The notes under the pieces are model-generated. The model was not told where the DNA came from. It made no database searches and worked only from the letters and a program-made list of their open reading frames with translations. 64,000 bases of DNA. Origin: Octopus sinensis (Eukaryota). Positions within the stretch are counted from its first letter, which is position 1. Every line of letters starts with the position of its first letter. The stretch lies in assembly GCF_006345805.1 (NCBI RefSeq), contig NC_043003.1, positions 65,410,001 through 65,474,000 on the forward strand. The letters are read 5' to 3'. This document shows positions 40,477 to 51,955 of this stretch, piece after piece. A program made the translations under genes and the position numbers.

Positions 40477-40536
40477 TTTGAAATTTTTTCCCATAATAAT
40501 ATTGTATACGACTTGAATGTTTACCTTGCCTTAAGA

Positions 40537-40598
<62 letters not shown>

Positions 40599-40761
40599 TA
40601 GATAGATAGATAGTAGCGATACATATATATGTGTGTGTGTGAGAGAGAGAGAGAGAAAGAGAGAGAGAATATGTGTCTGCGTGTGTGAATGTGTGCGTGT
40701 TTGTATATATATACATATATATATATACATACATGCACTTTTATATACATACATATAGAAG

Positions 40762-40805
40762 GCCATTTAAACGTATATATGTATGCATATATACGTTTAA
40801 ATGGC
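40762..40805. repeat. Perfect 20-bp-stem palindrome
   Basis: gccatttaaacgtatatatg-tatg-catatatacgtttaaatggc. Confidence 0.9.
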
Positions 40806-41682
40806 TTCGAAAAAGCTAATGGACGTTTTACAAGGTCTCAGATTCAAGTGCACTGAGTCTTGTAGTAGAAACATCTGTAAGGTAATGGAAAGTTATAACG
40901 TAACTCCTCATCGTTTGTAGTTTATCATTTGATAATGCTCTGTTCATCTACCTATCTGTCTGTACGTCTTTCTATCTATCTATATGTGTGTTTCCATACA
41001 CACATATATTCTACTCACTCGAGTCTTACACACACACACACACACACACAAACACTCGCAAAAACCTCACACATTATATATTCAATTAGTGATTAGAATA
41101 AGTAATACCTGAATATTACAGGATTTCTTTTTTACGTGCATTAACTCTTGAACAATTTCTGTGAAATCAAATAATCTCCTATTTTCAAATGTGAACACAT
41201 TAAGAGAAAAAGAATATAGTTGGAATCATAAGCAGAAAATAGGAAAAAAGAAAAAACACGCACAAACACACACATAGACACACTCACACATATATATGTA
41301 TGCATATATCTAAAGGAACAGAGGCATTTTACATGTATATCTATATCCATCTATTTATGTATCTATGCATATATTCACATATAGATATGTACATACACAC
41401 ATACACACATATATACACACAGATGTACTTAAATTACGTAATAGTCTACAACAGGTAGAGGAAGCAAAATCTCCAAAAATTTGAGGAAGTATGTAAGCAC
41501 GAAAATAAATAACAGAAAAAGTAGTGAACTGATATTTCGAGTGAAGATTTTGTAAAAGTTGAGTGAGAAGAATAAGCACAACCCCCCCCCCCAAAAAAAA
41601 ACGAGAAACGATTATTTAAAACAAATGTATACTTTCCGATTACATCCTGTGAAATGTGATATATTTATATATATATATATAT

Positions 41683-41730
<48 letters not shown>

Positions 41731-42235
41731 GTATATATAATATATATGTATAATTTCAACAATTGAGGGTAAAATTAATTAATTAATCAATTTCACCAAG
41801 TATTCAGTATGCAAAGGGACCATTAAGGCGAATTCAAATTATTACATTATATAAAAGGGCTTAGTAAAATAAATTACTTTGCTGCATACTGAACTCATTA
41901 GAAATAGCAGCTAAAAAATCTTTTTTAAAACTATTTCCAATACTTAAGAAAACCTCTCTCATATATTGTTTGCTCAATTCAACTCACGAAAGTATGGGGG
42001 TAGAGACATTAAAAAATCAAATGCAAAGGTTATTTGAGAACGTACGTTTCAAGATTAGTCAAAATCGACACTTCTATCATCAGCTCAGAACTCCCTGGTT
42101 TGGATTTGAAAACACTGAAAGTGGGAGCATACCCTTTCGGCTTGTTATCGCTTCTGAAGATCTGCTCGAAACTAACAGTGCCAACAAACTCAAATATGCA
42201 AGCGAAGAATTTCTGCTCTCCCCTTTCCACATATA

Positions 42236-42286
<51 letters not shown>

Positions 42287-42319
42287 ATATATATATAATA
42301 TATATATATATATATCAGT

Positions 42320-42520
42320 CGCCATGATAGATCGTTAGCCACTACACACATTTTTTTCTCTCCTTGTTTCTCTCTTTGTTTTTTCTGTGTCCCTTTCTGT
42401 AGAGAGCGTAGGCTGGAAACGTAAAAGACTTTTTCTATTCCTGAGCGTTATACTAATACATCTGTTTGTTTTGTACAACACCTGTCTTCGTCTTTTGGTT
42501 TTTTTTCGTAAACTCTCCCT
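42320..42520 (+). repeat. HHR family C repeat with variant hammerhead motif at 42393-42427
   Basis: CTTT-CTGTAGA-GAG cgtagg CTG-GAAA-CG-TA-AAAG; stem I is CUUU/AAAG. Confidence 0.7.
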
Positions 42521-42524
42521 ATAT

Positions 42525-42560
<36 letters not shown>

Positions 42561-43283
42561 GTACGTAGCTAGGGTAAAATTCCAGCAAATTCCTCTTGAA
42601 GCATGTCTTGTTATTCCTCTATTACAATCCAACATGTAGGTGCTGTCGTTGATGTATAGATAGACGCAAGGTACGTATTAGAGTTGGAATTTCTGGAAAT
42701 ATTGTTTGCAGTGTTCTTTTGTAGCAAAACGAGATACATACATATTTTTATATGCAAATATGTATAAGTATATCTTGTCGCCATCTTCCGCAAGTGAAAG
42801 GAATAATGAAACAGCATATGGTTTTATGTATGCAGGAATAGCTGTAGTCTTTTGAAATTCACTGGAATCTACTGCATACTGGCTTAAAGGCAATATAATT
42901 CTAATAACATCTCCCTAAAAGTAAATAGTAAATTCTATACATTTGAAATGGCTCTAAATCTATAATTAATAACAGAATTCAGAGTCTAGCTTTTATAATG
43001 TTAGTAGTATGTTAGTAAGTAATATATCAGTAATTTTACTCTAAATTATTCTTCTAAGCATTGATTTTTATTCTCTCTATTTGTCTGTCTTTCTCCCTTT
43101 CTGTCTCTTTCTACGTATCTATCTATCTGTCTGTCTGTCTAGCTTTCTGTCTGTCTGTTTGTCTGTCCCTTTAATTATCCATATGTAATTCTGCTTCATT
43201 CCATCTCTGTATATATAAAGACCCTGCTATTACAAGAAACGTACTATTGTAATTGCAAGCGAATAGATTATATTCAAATATTC

Positions 43284-43625
43284 TTTTATCCTTTTACTTG
43301 TTTCAATCATTTGACTGCGGCCATGCTGGAGCACCGCTTTTAGTCGAGCAATTCTTTGGACTTATTCTTTATACGCCTAGCACTTATTCTATCGGTCTCT
43401 TTTGCCGAGCCGCGAAGTAACGGTGAGGAAAACACACCAACATCAGTTGTAAAGCGATGATGCGGAGGTGGGGGAGAAACACATAGACACACACACATAT
43501 ATACGACGGGCTTCTTTCAGTTTCTATCTACCAAATCTATTTTGGTCGGCCCGAGGCTATAGTAGAAGACACTTGCGCAAGGTGCCATGCAGTGGGACTA
43601 AACCCGTAACCATTTGGTTGGAAAG
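43284..43625 (-). mobile_element. SINE family 1
   Basis: Homology to 6361-6746. Confidence 0.85.
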
Positions 43626-43654
43626 GATTTGCATACACATTACTCTGATATATA

Positions 43655-43744
<90 letters not shown>

Positions 43745-43748
<4 letters not shown>

Positions 43749-44055
43749 GTAAAGGTTATTTGCCAACATAATGTGGCTGTCCTGGAAGGGACGTTGATAC
43801 TGTTCATTAGGCCCAAGAAATATCGTTTCTAGCTGGCTATACGATACATTATCTGTGTCCTTATATTTTCGAACAGGGAGTTCAGAACTCCCACCTAACG
43901 CAAACCAACATCTGTTGTTCAGTTTCTTGGTTATTGCCCGTTATCAACACAATATTATTATAGCCAGCTAGGAACGGTGTTTCTTGGGGCTAGACAACAA
44001 TAACATCGCCCCTTCCAGGACCACCACATTATGTTGGCAAATATCTTTTACTTTA
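43745..44055. mobile_element. MITE with ~95-bp terminal inverted repeats
   Basis: 43745-43841 is the reverse complement of 43959-44055 (atttgccaacataatgtgg..tcctggaaggg..cccaagaaa..ctagctggctata); TA at both ends. Confidence 0.8.
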
Positions 44056-44109
44056 AAGAACAGCTACTAAATGGCTTTCGTTGAGAGATATAAAAACAAT
44101 ATTTTTACT

Positions 44110-44329
44110 ATTTCTAATATTTGTTAGACGTGAGAGATATGCGGTAATATTTAATTGGAAGATCTTCGAGGGTTTGGCTCCCAATTTTGAAATTGACAGC
44201 TATCCCAATTCTGGAACTGGGCGGCACTGCATCATACCAAAGCTCCTGTCTTCCCCATCGAAAATAAGGACACAATACTTGAACGGTCTGTGTTTCAAGA
44301 ACCTACAATTGTTCAACATCCTTCCAGGC

Positions 44330-44330
<1 letters not shown>
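44110..44330 (+). pseudogene. CR1-like LINE ORF2 C-terminal fragment
   Basis: RRERYAVIFNWKIFEGLAPN...GRHCIIP...IRTQYLNGL...QLFNILP matches the CR1-group motif RRERY.II..WKI..GL.PN...LFN.LP. Confidence 0.7.
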
Positions 44331-44370
<40 letters not shown>

Positions 44371-44770
44371 GGGGGGATAGAGAGAGAGAGAGAGAGAGAG
44401 TGAGATAGAGAGAGAGAAAACGAGAGATTGAGAGGCATAATAATGAAGTCAAGTTAGTCAGTGAAATTCTGAAATTGCATTTAATACGTACGTTTCAGCT
44501 TTGCGTAATGCATAATAGGAATTGCATCCATTACGTAAACTCTCCTCAGTTAAAGCATTTCAAAAGCTTTTAAAAGGTTTACATGCGGAAGATTTAGTGA
44601 CACATAAAAGCCTATAATAACTAAAACTAGTGACACATCTGCTGACCAAAACCTTCCATCTACCTACCAAAATTGTTTTGTAAACACTTAAAAAACAATC
44701 TCATTGCCTGAACTACACACATACACACACACACACACACTCACATATATATATATATGTTTGTGTGTGT

Positions 44771-44808
<38 letters not shown>

Positions 44809-45689
44809 TAAACACGCCATATCAAGGGTACCTCTATATGTTAAAAGCAAGTTGTTAGCTATCCAACTGCATTTCAATATTCTTCGACTTCTTTTCATTC
44901 TCTTCAGACCATTTATGCTATTTCTCGCAATATGGAACTGAAAGTAGAAATTCGTCATGATGTTGCTATGGAACCTTTATACACTAAAACCTTGTAATTT
45001 ACTAGAGTACTCGACTACTTGCCCACACTCTCCTGTTCCATGTGATCCAAAGGAATAATATAACTTGCTGTGCAAAAGCAGAAAATACGTTTTCTTTCGA
45101 AAGTCTTTTAAACTATGAACAAAAAAATATATAAATAAAAAGGGTCTGGAAAACAGGTCCTTTAGATTTCTGGAGTTAAACATAGAATCTCATGTGTCTC
45201 TCAATGCTATTCGTATGTAGTATGCGAATTATACTGTGCCAAACAGATATTATCTCACCAGACCAAAAAACTACAGCACTGCAGAGGACGAAGTGCTGTC
45301 TACTTGGAAAGTTTTTGTTGAATAAATGCATCTCTGTTGGAATTCCGTTTGATTTATGCGTTGCATATTAATTTAGATTTAACTGAAAATATATAAAGTG
45401 AAATATAAAGACAGTATATTCCTAAGACATAAATTTAAAATTATCATTAATCATACGCTTAAAATGTCTATACATCATAGAATCTTGAAACAATTCAACT
45501 TCAGACATGTTTCCGAATTACAATATATGCAAATATAATTACATATAAAAAAAGTGCTGCATAAAAAAAAAAGAAACAAAAGAAAAACTTGTAAGTCTCT
45601 TAACTTTTAACAAAACCTATGATATACGTACATACTAACATACATGGGGATACACAGACAGAAATATGTTTTACGTATGGGTGTACGGA

Positions 45690-45697
45690 AATCTATG

Positions 45698-45745
<48 letters not shown>

Positions 45746-46095
45746 CACACAAACACACACACATTATCTCTGTATCTGTGACTGTGTCTATCTATATGTG
45801 TGTCTATGTGTGTGTGCATTTGTGTAAATATATGCATACTTGTATCTGTCTATATACATATACTTTTATAGCTATATATATACACACGCAGGTCCACATG
45901 CACACACACGCATACGCACACTCGCATACGCACACATATATACATGTATGTGTTTATATATTTGTATATATATATATATATATATATGCGTGTGTGTGTA
46001 TGTGTGTGTGTATGTGTGTGTGTATTTGTGTGTGTATATGTGTGTGTACGTGTGTGTATGTGTGTGTGTGTGTGTGTGTGTGCGTGTATGTATAC
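45690..46095. repeat. (TA)n/(CA)n/(TG)n compound microsatellites
   Basis: Directly visible. Confidence 0.85.
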
Positions 46096-47350
46096 ATGTA
46101 TTTTGAAGCATTTGTATTACCAGAATCAGAACAGGAAAGATGAAAAGCTAGGTGAATGACTGAAATCTGTGAACTTCAATGGTTACCTCCATCTTTACTG
46201 TTTATTATGGATTCCTTGTCTCTATAGTTAAAGCAATTGCAAAAGAGCGATACAGCCTCTGGTAATTTACGTCATTTAATCATCTTTGCAATTTAATTTC
46301 CTTTAGGCATATCAGTCGAATAGTTTCAACGGCAACACTTCTTCAAGGTCTAGAAGAAAATATAAAGTATGCAGCATCTTCTTCTAAAAACTGTAATAAC
46401 TTTAAAAAGGCTCAGAGTTATAACGCATGTATAAATACGTCGGTATGGAATCGCCTTGACAATTCTCATATCGGAGAGAAAAAAAAAAGATCACAATTCG
46501 TCTTGAGATCGTGTTCGTTAATTCAAATAATCAATTAATCATTTATATAATTATTTCTCTCTCCTGCAAGTATTTTGTTGACAGAAGGACAAATGTCATA
46601 CCTTCTACTTGTTCATCGCGGAGACTTTTTAAAGTAAGTGAATTCGAGTCATCGAAAGACTAGTATGTAATTGCTCGCAGTTTTTCATTGTGTAGTCTGG
46701 ATGTGTTTATAGCCCTTGCCAATCCCACTTCTAGAGTTCTGACTTTCCGGGTAGAAAAACTCAGACGTTGTAGTTAGCGTATCGTGTGTGGTGTATGGTC
46801 AACACAAATGGGTAGCGATACGAGGGTAGATGAATGGGTATGCTGTTGTTGCTGTTGTTGTTTGTTACTTCTCGAGCCATGCCTCACAATATATATCGTA
46901 TATGATGACATAAATAACGCACGTACGTGTTAGACATATCTTGATTTCAGTTGCACATTGTGAGGAACAGCAAAAAACATGCTTTTGTTGCATTAAAGCT
47001 TATCAAATACGCATATTGAATACCGACTGATTTTCCTTAGATCTGTTTTGGGAAAGAAAATGAGTCTTATATGCCTTCAAATACGGTAACATGTTTAACA
47101 GATTGAAGTCCTAGGCCTGCTACATTAGAGCTGACTCGGCTTAACAGACTTAATAACAAAAGCAACCGAAGTGGTTTTCAAAATATAAAACAAACAGGAA
47201 ATCTGTTGAAATATTTCCGGAAATTTGTTTTGCACTTGTCCATTCAAATTTGATCAATAAGTTAAGGACATGTAATATGCTGGTTTAAATTGAAACAGTT
47301 ATATCATAGTTTTTGGTTTCATCGCTAGAAAAATAAAATCAATATCTCAA

Positions 47351-47558
47351 TAAAATGTTAGAGCAGCGAACTAGCAGACTTTTTAGCACGCCGGACAAAA
47401 TTCTTAGCGGCTCTTCCTCTTTTTACGTTCTGAGTTCGAATTCCGTTGAAGTTGACCGTGCTTTTCATCATTTCGAGGGCGATAAAATAAGTAGTAGCTG
47501 AACACTAAGATTGATGTAATCGACTTATCCCACCCAGAAACTGCTGGCCCAAAATTCG
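47351..47558 (+). mobile_element. SINE family 4 with an apparent 15-bp target-site duplication
   Basis: aaatcaatatctcaa at 47336-47350 and 47559-47573. Confidence 0.75.
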
Positions 47559-48139
47559 AAATCAATATCTCAAAGATGCGTGATTCATAGTAATTTATTA
47601 TATTTCCCCAAATGAAACATATCCATTGGCTGGGTGTTTGTCAGCAATAATATTCAGTCATTCAAATAAAACTCATGGTACGTTTTGTGAAAGAAACCGT
47701 AGATTCACAATGCACATAGAGTAATTTCTTGTACTATACTATCGCTACACACAGGAAGCCGCTTTACTTAGATGCAATATATTGTTACAAGTAGTGTCAC
47801 CGTGAATGAACACTTTTGAGAAGGAACGAACATTTGACAGTTTGGCATATATGCCAACAAGCTATCGCAGCAATTTTAGATTTAACATATATAAATATGC
47901 ATACATGGAAATGGAATATGTGAAAAAACATCGAGATAAAGTTCAAGCATAAATTAACTCTGAAACTAAATTAACGTTGAATTGTTCATAACTTTTGCCT
48001 AATCTTTGCCGACATATTGAATGGGCGGTAAGAGTATGTCATATACATTTAATAAACGTCCATTTTAATCCTGACATTTAACAAATAAACCAGAAGTTGT
48101 CAACAACAATGTGTCTAGTGATAGAGAAAGAGCAAAGTA

Positions 48140-48143
48140 TATG

Positions 48144-48204
<61 letters not shown>

Positions 48205-48274
48205 GAACGATAAAATGAGTGCTTAACACCGCATTGTCCAAGTAATGTGTGTGTGTATATATATATATATATAC

Positions 48275-48309
<35 letters not shown>

Positions 48310-48334
48310 CATATTTACATACATACATACATTC

Positions 48335-48367
<33 letters not shown>

Positions 48368-48381
48368 ATATATATATATAT

Positions 48382-48445
<64 letters not shown>

Positions 48446-48450
48446 GTATG

Positions 48451-48514
<64 letters not shown>

Positions 48515-48515
48515 T
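48140..48515. repeat. (TA)n-dominated block
   Basis: Directly visible. Confidence 0.9.
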
Positions 48516-48519
48516 AGGA

Positions 48520-48823
48520 GCACTCCGTCGGTTACGATGGCAAAGGTCCCAGCTGATACGATCAACGGAACAGCCTGCTCGTGAAATTAACGTGCAAGTG
48601 ACTGAGCAATCCACAGACACGCGTACTCCTAACGTAGTTCTCAGGAAGATTCAGCGTGACACAGAGTGTGACAAAGCCGGCCCTTTGAAATACAAGTAGA
48701 ACTCATTTTTGCCAGCTGATTGGACTGGGGCAACATGAAATAAAATGTCTTGCTCAAGGACACAACGCGTCGCCGGGAATCGAATTCGCGACCTTACAAT
48801 CGTGAGCCTAACCACTAAGCGCC
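48520..48823 (-). mobile_element. Chimeric SINE: family 3-type head with family 2 tail
   Basis: gcactccgtcggttacga...gtgacacagagtgtgacaa equals the family 2 3' half; gcaacatgaaataaaatgtcttgctcaaggacac equals the family 3 central part. Confidence 0.85.
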
Positions 48824-49322
48824 GTAAATGATTATAATAGCCTTTCTATATAAGCTTAAAGCTTATGGCGATCACCGTACACTGACTCCGGAAAACAGTC
48901 TAATAAAGGGGTATATAAGTCCTCGACAAGAAAGAAGCCTTTCCTAGGTGTATAAAGGTTGAATGTGGTTTCTTTCTTTAATTGGAGGCTTTCCAAAAAG
49001 ATTTCTAATGTTGATTCTTCATACTTTTCTGGGGTTTACAGGCGTAAATTTGCGAAGATGTGAAAGTAGTACGTGTATATGATGTATGGAGGCTGTATGA
49101 AATGAAGTTTCATAAATCCCATCAGTTTTGTTTAAAATTCTTATATATTACAATATCTTGTCTCCTCCATTTTTAACAAAATTGACGGGATTAATGGCAC
49201 TTCATTCCATAAAGTCTCTCTATATATTATATTCATAAATATTTCTCTCTATATATATATATGTGCGTGCGTGTGTGTGTGTGTGTGTGTGTTGGTGAGT
49301 GTGTGTATAAGTAGTTAAATAG

Positions 49323-49362
<40 letters not shown>

Positions 49363-49371
49363 GCATAATGT

Positions 49372-49680
49372 GGCACTCCGTCGGTTACGACGACGGGAGT
49401 TCCAGTTGATCCGAGCAGCGGAACAGCCTGTTTGTAGAAGTAAAGTGCAAGTGGCTGAGCAATCCAAGGCTACGTGCACCCTCAATTGAGCTTCCAGGGA
49501 GATCCAGTGTGATACAGAATGTGAGAAGGCTGTCCCTTTGAATTACAGGTACAACTCATTTTTTGGCAGGTGAGTGAACTGGAGGAATGTGAACTAAAGT
49601 CACTTGCTTAAGGATACAACACACCGACAGAAATCAGACTCATGACTTTGAGATCTTGAGCCGAATACGTTAACCACTCA
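49372..49680 (-). mobile_element. Second, more diverged copy of the chimeric SINE
   Basis: Homology to 48520-48823. Confidence 0.8.
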
Positions 49681-49696
49681 TGCATATTGAATATAT

Positions 49697-49730
<34 letters not shown>

Positions 49731-49736
49731 TGTATA

Positions 49737-50134
49737 TACTAGCAGTATCGCCCGGCGTTGCTCGGGTTTGTAAGGGAAATAATTATATAAGCATTTTTAG
49801 AGATGTAAAGTATAATAGCCATCTCAATATGGCTAACCACAAAGGGGGAGGGGTGTTACTGTAGCTTTTTACGTTCTGAGATTTAATAATAAATTTTAGA
49901 GAGTTACTTCCCTTATATATGTCAAAAATGGATTAACAATGGGAAAAATTGATGGTAAATATTTTTTAAAATCGTAGACCCATCGTAGACGCGCGCTAAT
50001 ACCCAGACGGTTTCGATATGAATCACGACTATAAGATACCCGGTTTTGGTTAAACTGCACCGCAAAATGTGGGAGTAGTTAGGAATCTAAATCGTAGGAG
50101 ACAGACACACAACCTCACTTTTATATATAAAGAT
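49737..50134 (+). mobile_element. Helentron/HINE-like non-autonomous element
   Basis: 5' tactagcagtatcgCCCG gcgttgct CGGG hairpin; 3' acagacacacaacctcacttttatatataaagat. Confidence 0.65.
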
Positions 50135-50229
50135 TTCCTCTATTTACATAATATTGAGGTCTCTTTCTTTCTTTTGTTATCTTACTGTTTTTACCAATAT
50201 TCATATATATATATATAAATATATATATA

Positions 50230-50552
50230 GTTACAGAGATGTACTTGCATAGCAAGTGACTTGATCTGAGATCGTGTGCTGGAACGAAAACAGTTGCAGC
50301 GTTGAAGGTGTTTATAAGCCATTTAAGAAACACACAAAAACCGTTAGATTCACTTCAACATTTCAATTTAATTTGTCAAAATATTTTCGTCGCTTTGAGA
50401 CCGCGACCTGTTAGCACGATATTTTTGTCAGTGAACAGGTCGCGGTCTCAAAGCGACGAAAATATTTTGGCAAATTAAATTTAAATGTTGAAGTGAATGT
50501 AACGGTTTTTGTGTGTTTCTTAAATGGCTTACAAACACCTTCCACGCTGCAA
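50230..50552. repeat. HHR family D repeat forming a ~119-bp inverted repeat (50294-50412 / 50434-50552)
   Basis: Near-perfect reverse-complement arms (about 5 mismatches counted by eye) with a 21-nt spacer. Confidence 0.9.
50424..50474 (+). ncRNA. Hammerhead ribozyme motif with compensatory G3:C8 core
   Basis: UUUGUCA-GUGAACA-G-GUCGC ggucucaaa GCGAC-GAAA-AUAU-UU-UGGCAAA: 7-bp stem I (one G.U), 5-bp stem II, palindromic stem III AAUAUU. Confidence 0.65.
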
Positions 50553-50568
50553 TATATATATACACACA

Positions 50569-50604
<36 letters not shown>

Positions 50605-50639
50605 TGTATATGTGTATGCATGTATGTGTGTGTGTGTGC

Positions 50640-50860
50640 GTGTCTGTGCTTGTGATTGTCCTCCACCACTGCTTGACAACGAATGTTGGTTTGTTTACAT
50701 CCCTGTCACCTAGTGGTTTGACAAAGGAAACAGATAGAATAAGTACAATGCTTACAAAAATAAAACTGGAGTTGATTCATTAAACTACAATTCTTCAAGG
50801 CATTGCCCCAGCATGGCCACAGACCAATGGCTGGAAAAAGCAGAAGAATAAAAGAATACA
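50640..50860 (+). mobile_element. SINE family 1, 3' half
   Basis: gcttgacaac...gatagaataagtac...cagcatggccacag. Confidence 0.75.
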
Positions 50861-50924
50861 TTCTCTGCTTTGGTCTTATGTTCAAGGCATGAGAAGCTTG
50901 AGTTTACATGAGAAGGCCTAACAG

Positions 50925-51185
50925 ACCTGGTAGAAACAGCAGCCAAATCTCCCTCAAATCACACCTTACTGTCTTATGTATGTATATATATATATGAGCC
51001 AATGAGGGGGACCTCTACATGGTAGCTAGACTGGTAGAAATAGCAGCCAAATTTCCCCCAGATCACACCTTACTGTCTTATCTATGTATATATGTATGAG
51101 CCTATGAGGGAGACCCCTACATGGCAGCTAGACATGATAGAAATAGCAGCCAAATCTCCCTCAAATCACACCTTACTGTCTTATC
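50925..51185 (+). repeat. ~105-bp tandem repeat (about 2.6 units) of a SINE/LINE-tail-like sequence
   Basis: tagaaa(t/c)agcagccaaat(c/t)tccc(t/c)ca(a/g)atcacaccttactgtctta occurs three times; related sequence at about 21062-21115. Confidence 0.85.
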
Positions 51186-51704
51186 TTTCTGCTACTTGGA
51201 TATAGGTCTTATATTCATCGTAAAAAACTTTCCTGTCACACACTCACGCACACGCACACACACACACACACACACGCACCCTCACACACACACGCGCACA
51301 CACACACACACACACTGACACACACGCACGTTAGCTTACAATTTTATTTATATATTTGCGTGTCTATGTGTGGAAAGAGGAAGTGGGAGGCAGAGTGAAA
51401 GAATCACTCACTACAGTAAGTGAATTAGTTTCATTTTATTCGTTGCCCACTGTGTGTGTGCGTTTGCGTGTGGTGTAAACCAGACTAAGAAAAGCATTTG
51501 ACACACACACCAGAATGTGAGTTTTCTGTAAATTTTGCTTAATTGGAGTTTAAATTTTGAAAACTGGACCTGGCATGACGCGATGCATTGTATTCTTAAA
51601 AATGCTAGGTAAATTGTAATTGAAGAAATCCTATATTGTAGATTTGTATAACTCCCAAAGGGAGGCAGATAAAATCTGCCTTTTATAATAAGAGATATAT
51701 ATAC

Positions 51705-51920
51705 TCTTTTACTCTTTTACTTGCTTCACTCATTTGACTGCGGCCATGCTGGAGCACCGCCTTTAGTCGAGCAAATTAACCCCAGGATTTATTCTTTGTA
51801 AGCCTAGTACTTATTCTATCGGTCGGTCTTTTGCCGAACCGCTAAGATACGGGGACGTAAACACTCCAGCATCGGTTGTCAAGCGATGTTAGCGGGACAA
51901 ACACAGACACACAAACATAT
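51705..51920 (-). mobile_element. SINE family 1, 3' half
   Basis: Homology to 6361-6560. Confidence 0.85.
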
Positions 51921-51955
51921 ATACACACATACATATATAAATGTATCATGTTCAA

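Larger units (their letters stand above)
39013..40480 (+). mobile_element. Penelope-like element: inverted pseudo-LTR, RT fragment, direct pseudo-LTR
   Basis: 39013-39215 (-) is the reverse complement of about 40290-40480 (+), and both end in an HHR. An RT fragment lies between them. Confidence 0.85.

Noticed and set aside
42150-42180. CTGAAGA-tctgctc-GAAAC motif resembling a hammerhead
   Set aside because: No stem II pairing, no palindromic stem III and no valid NUH plus stem I.
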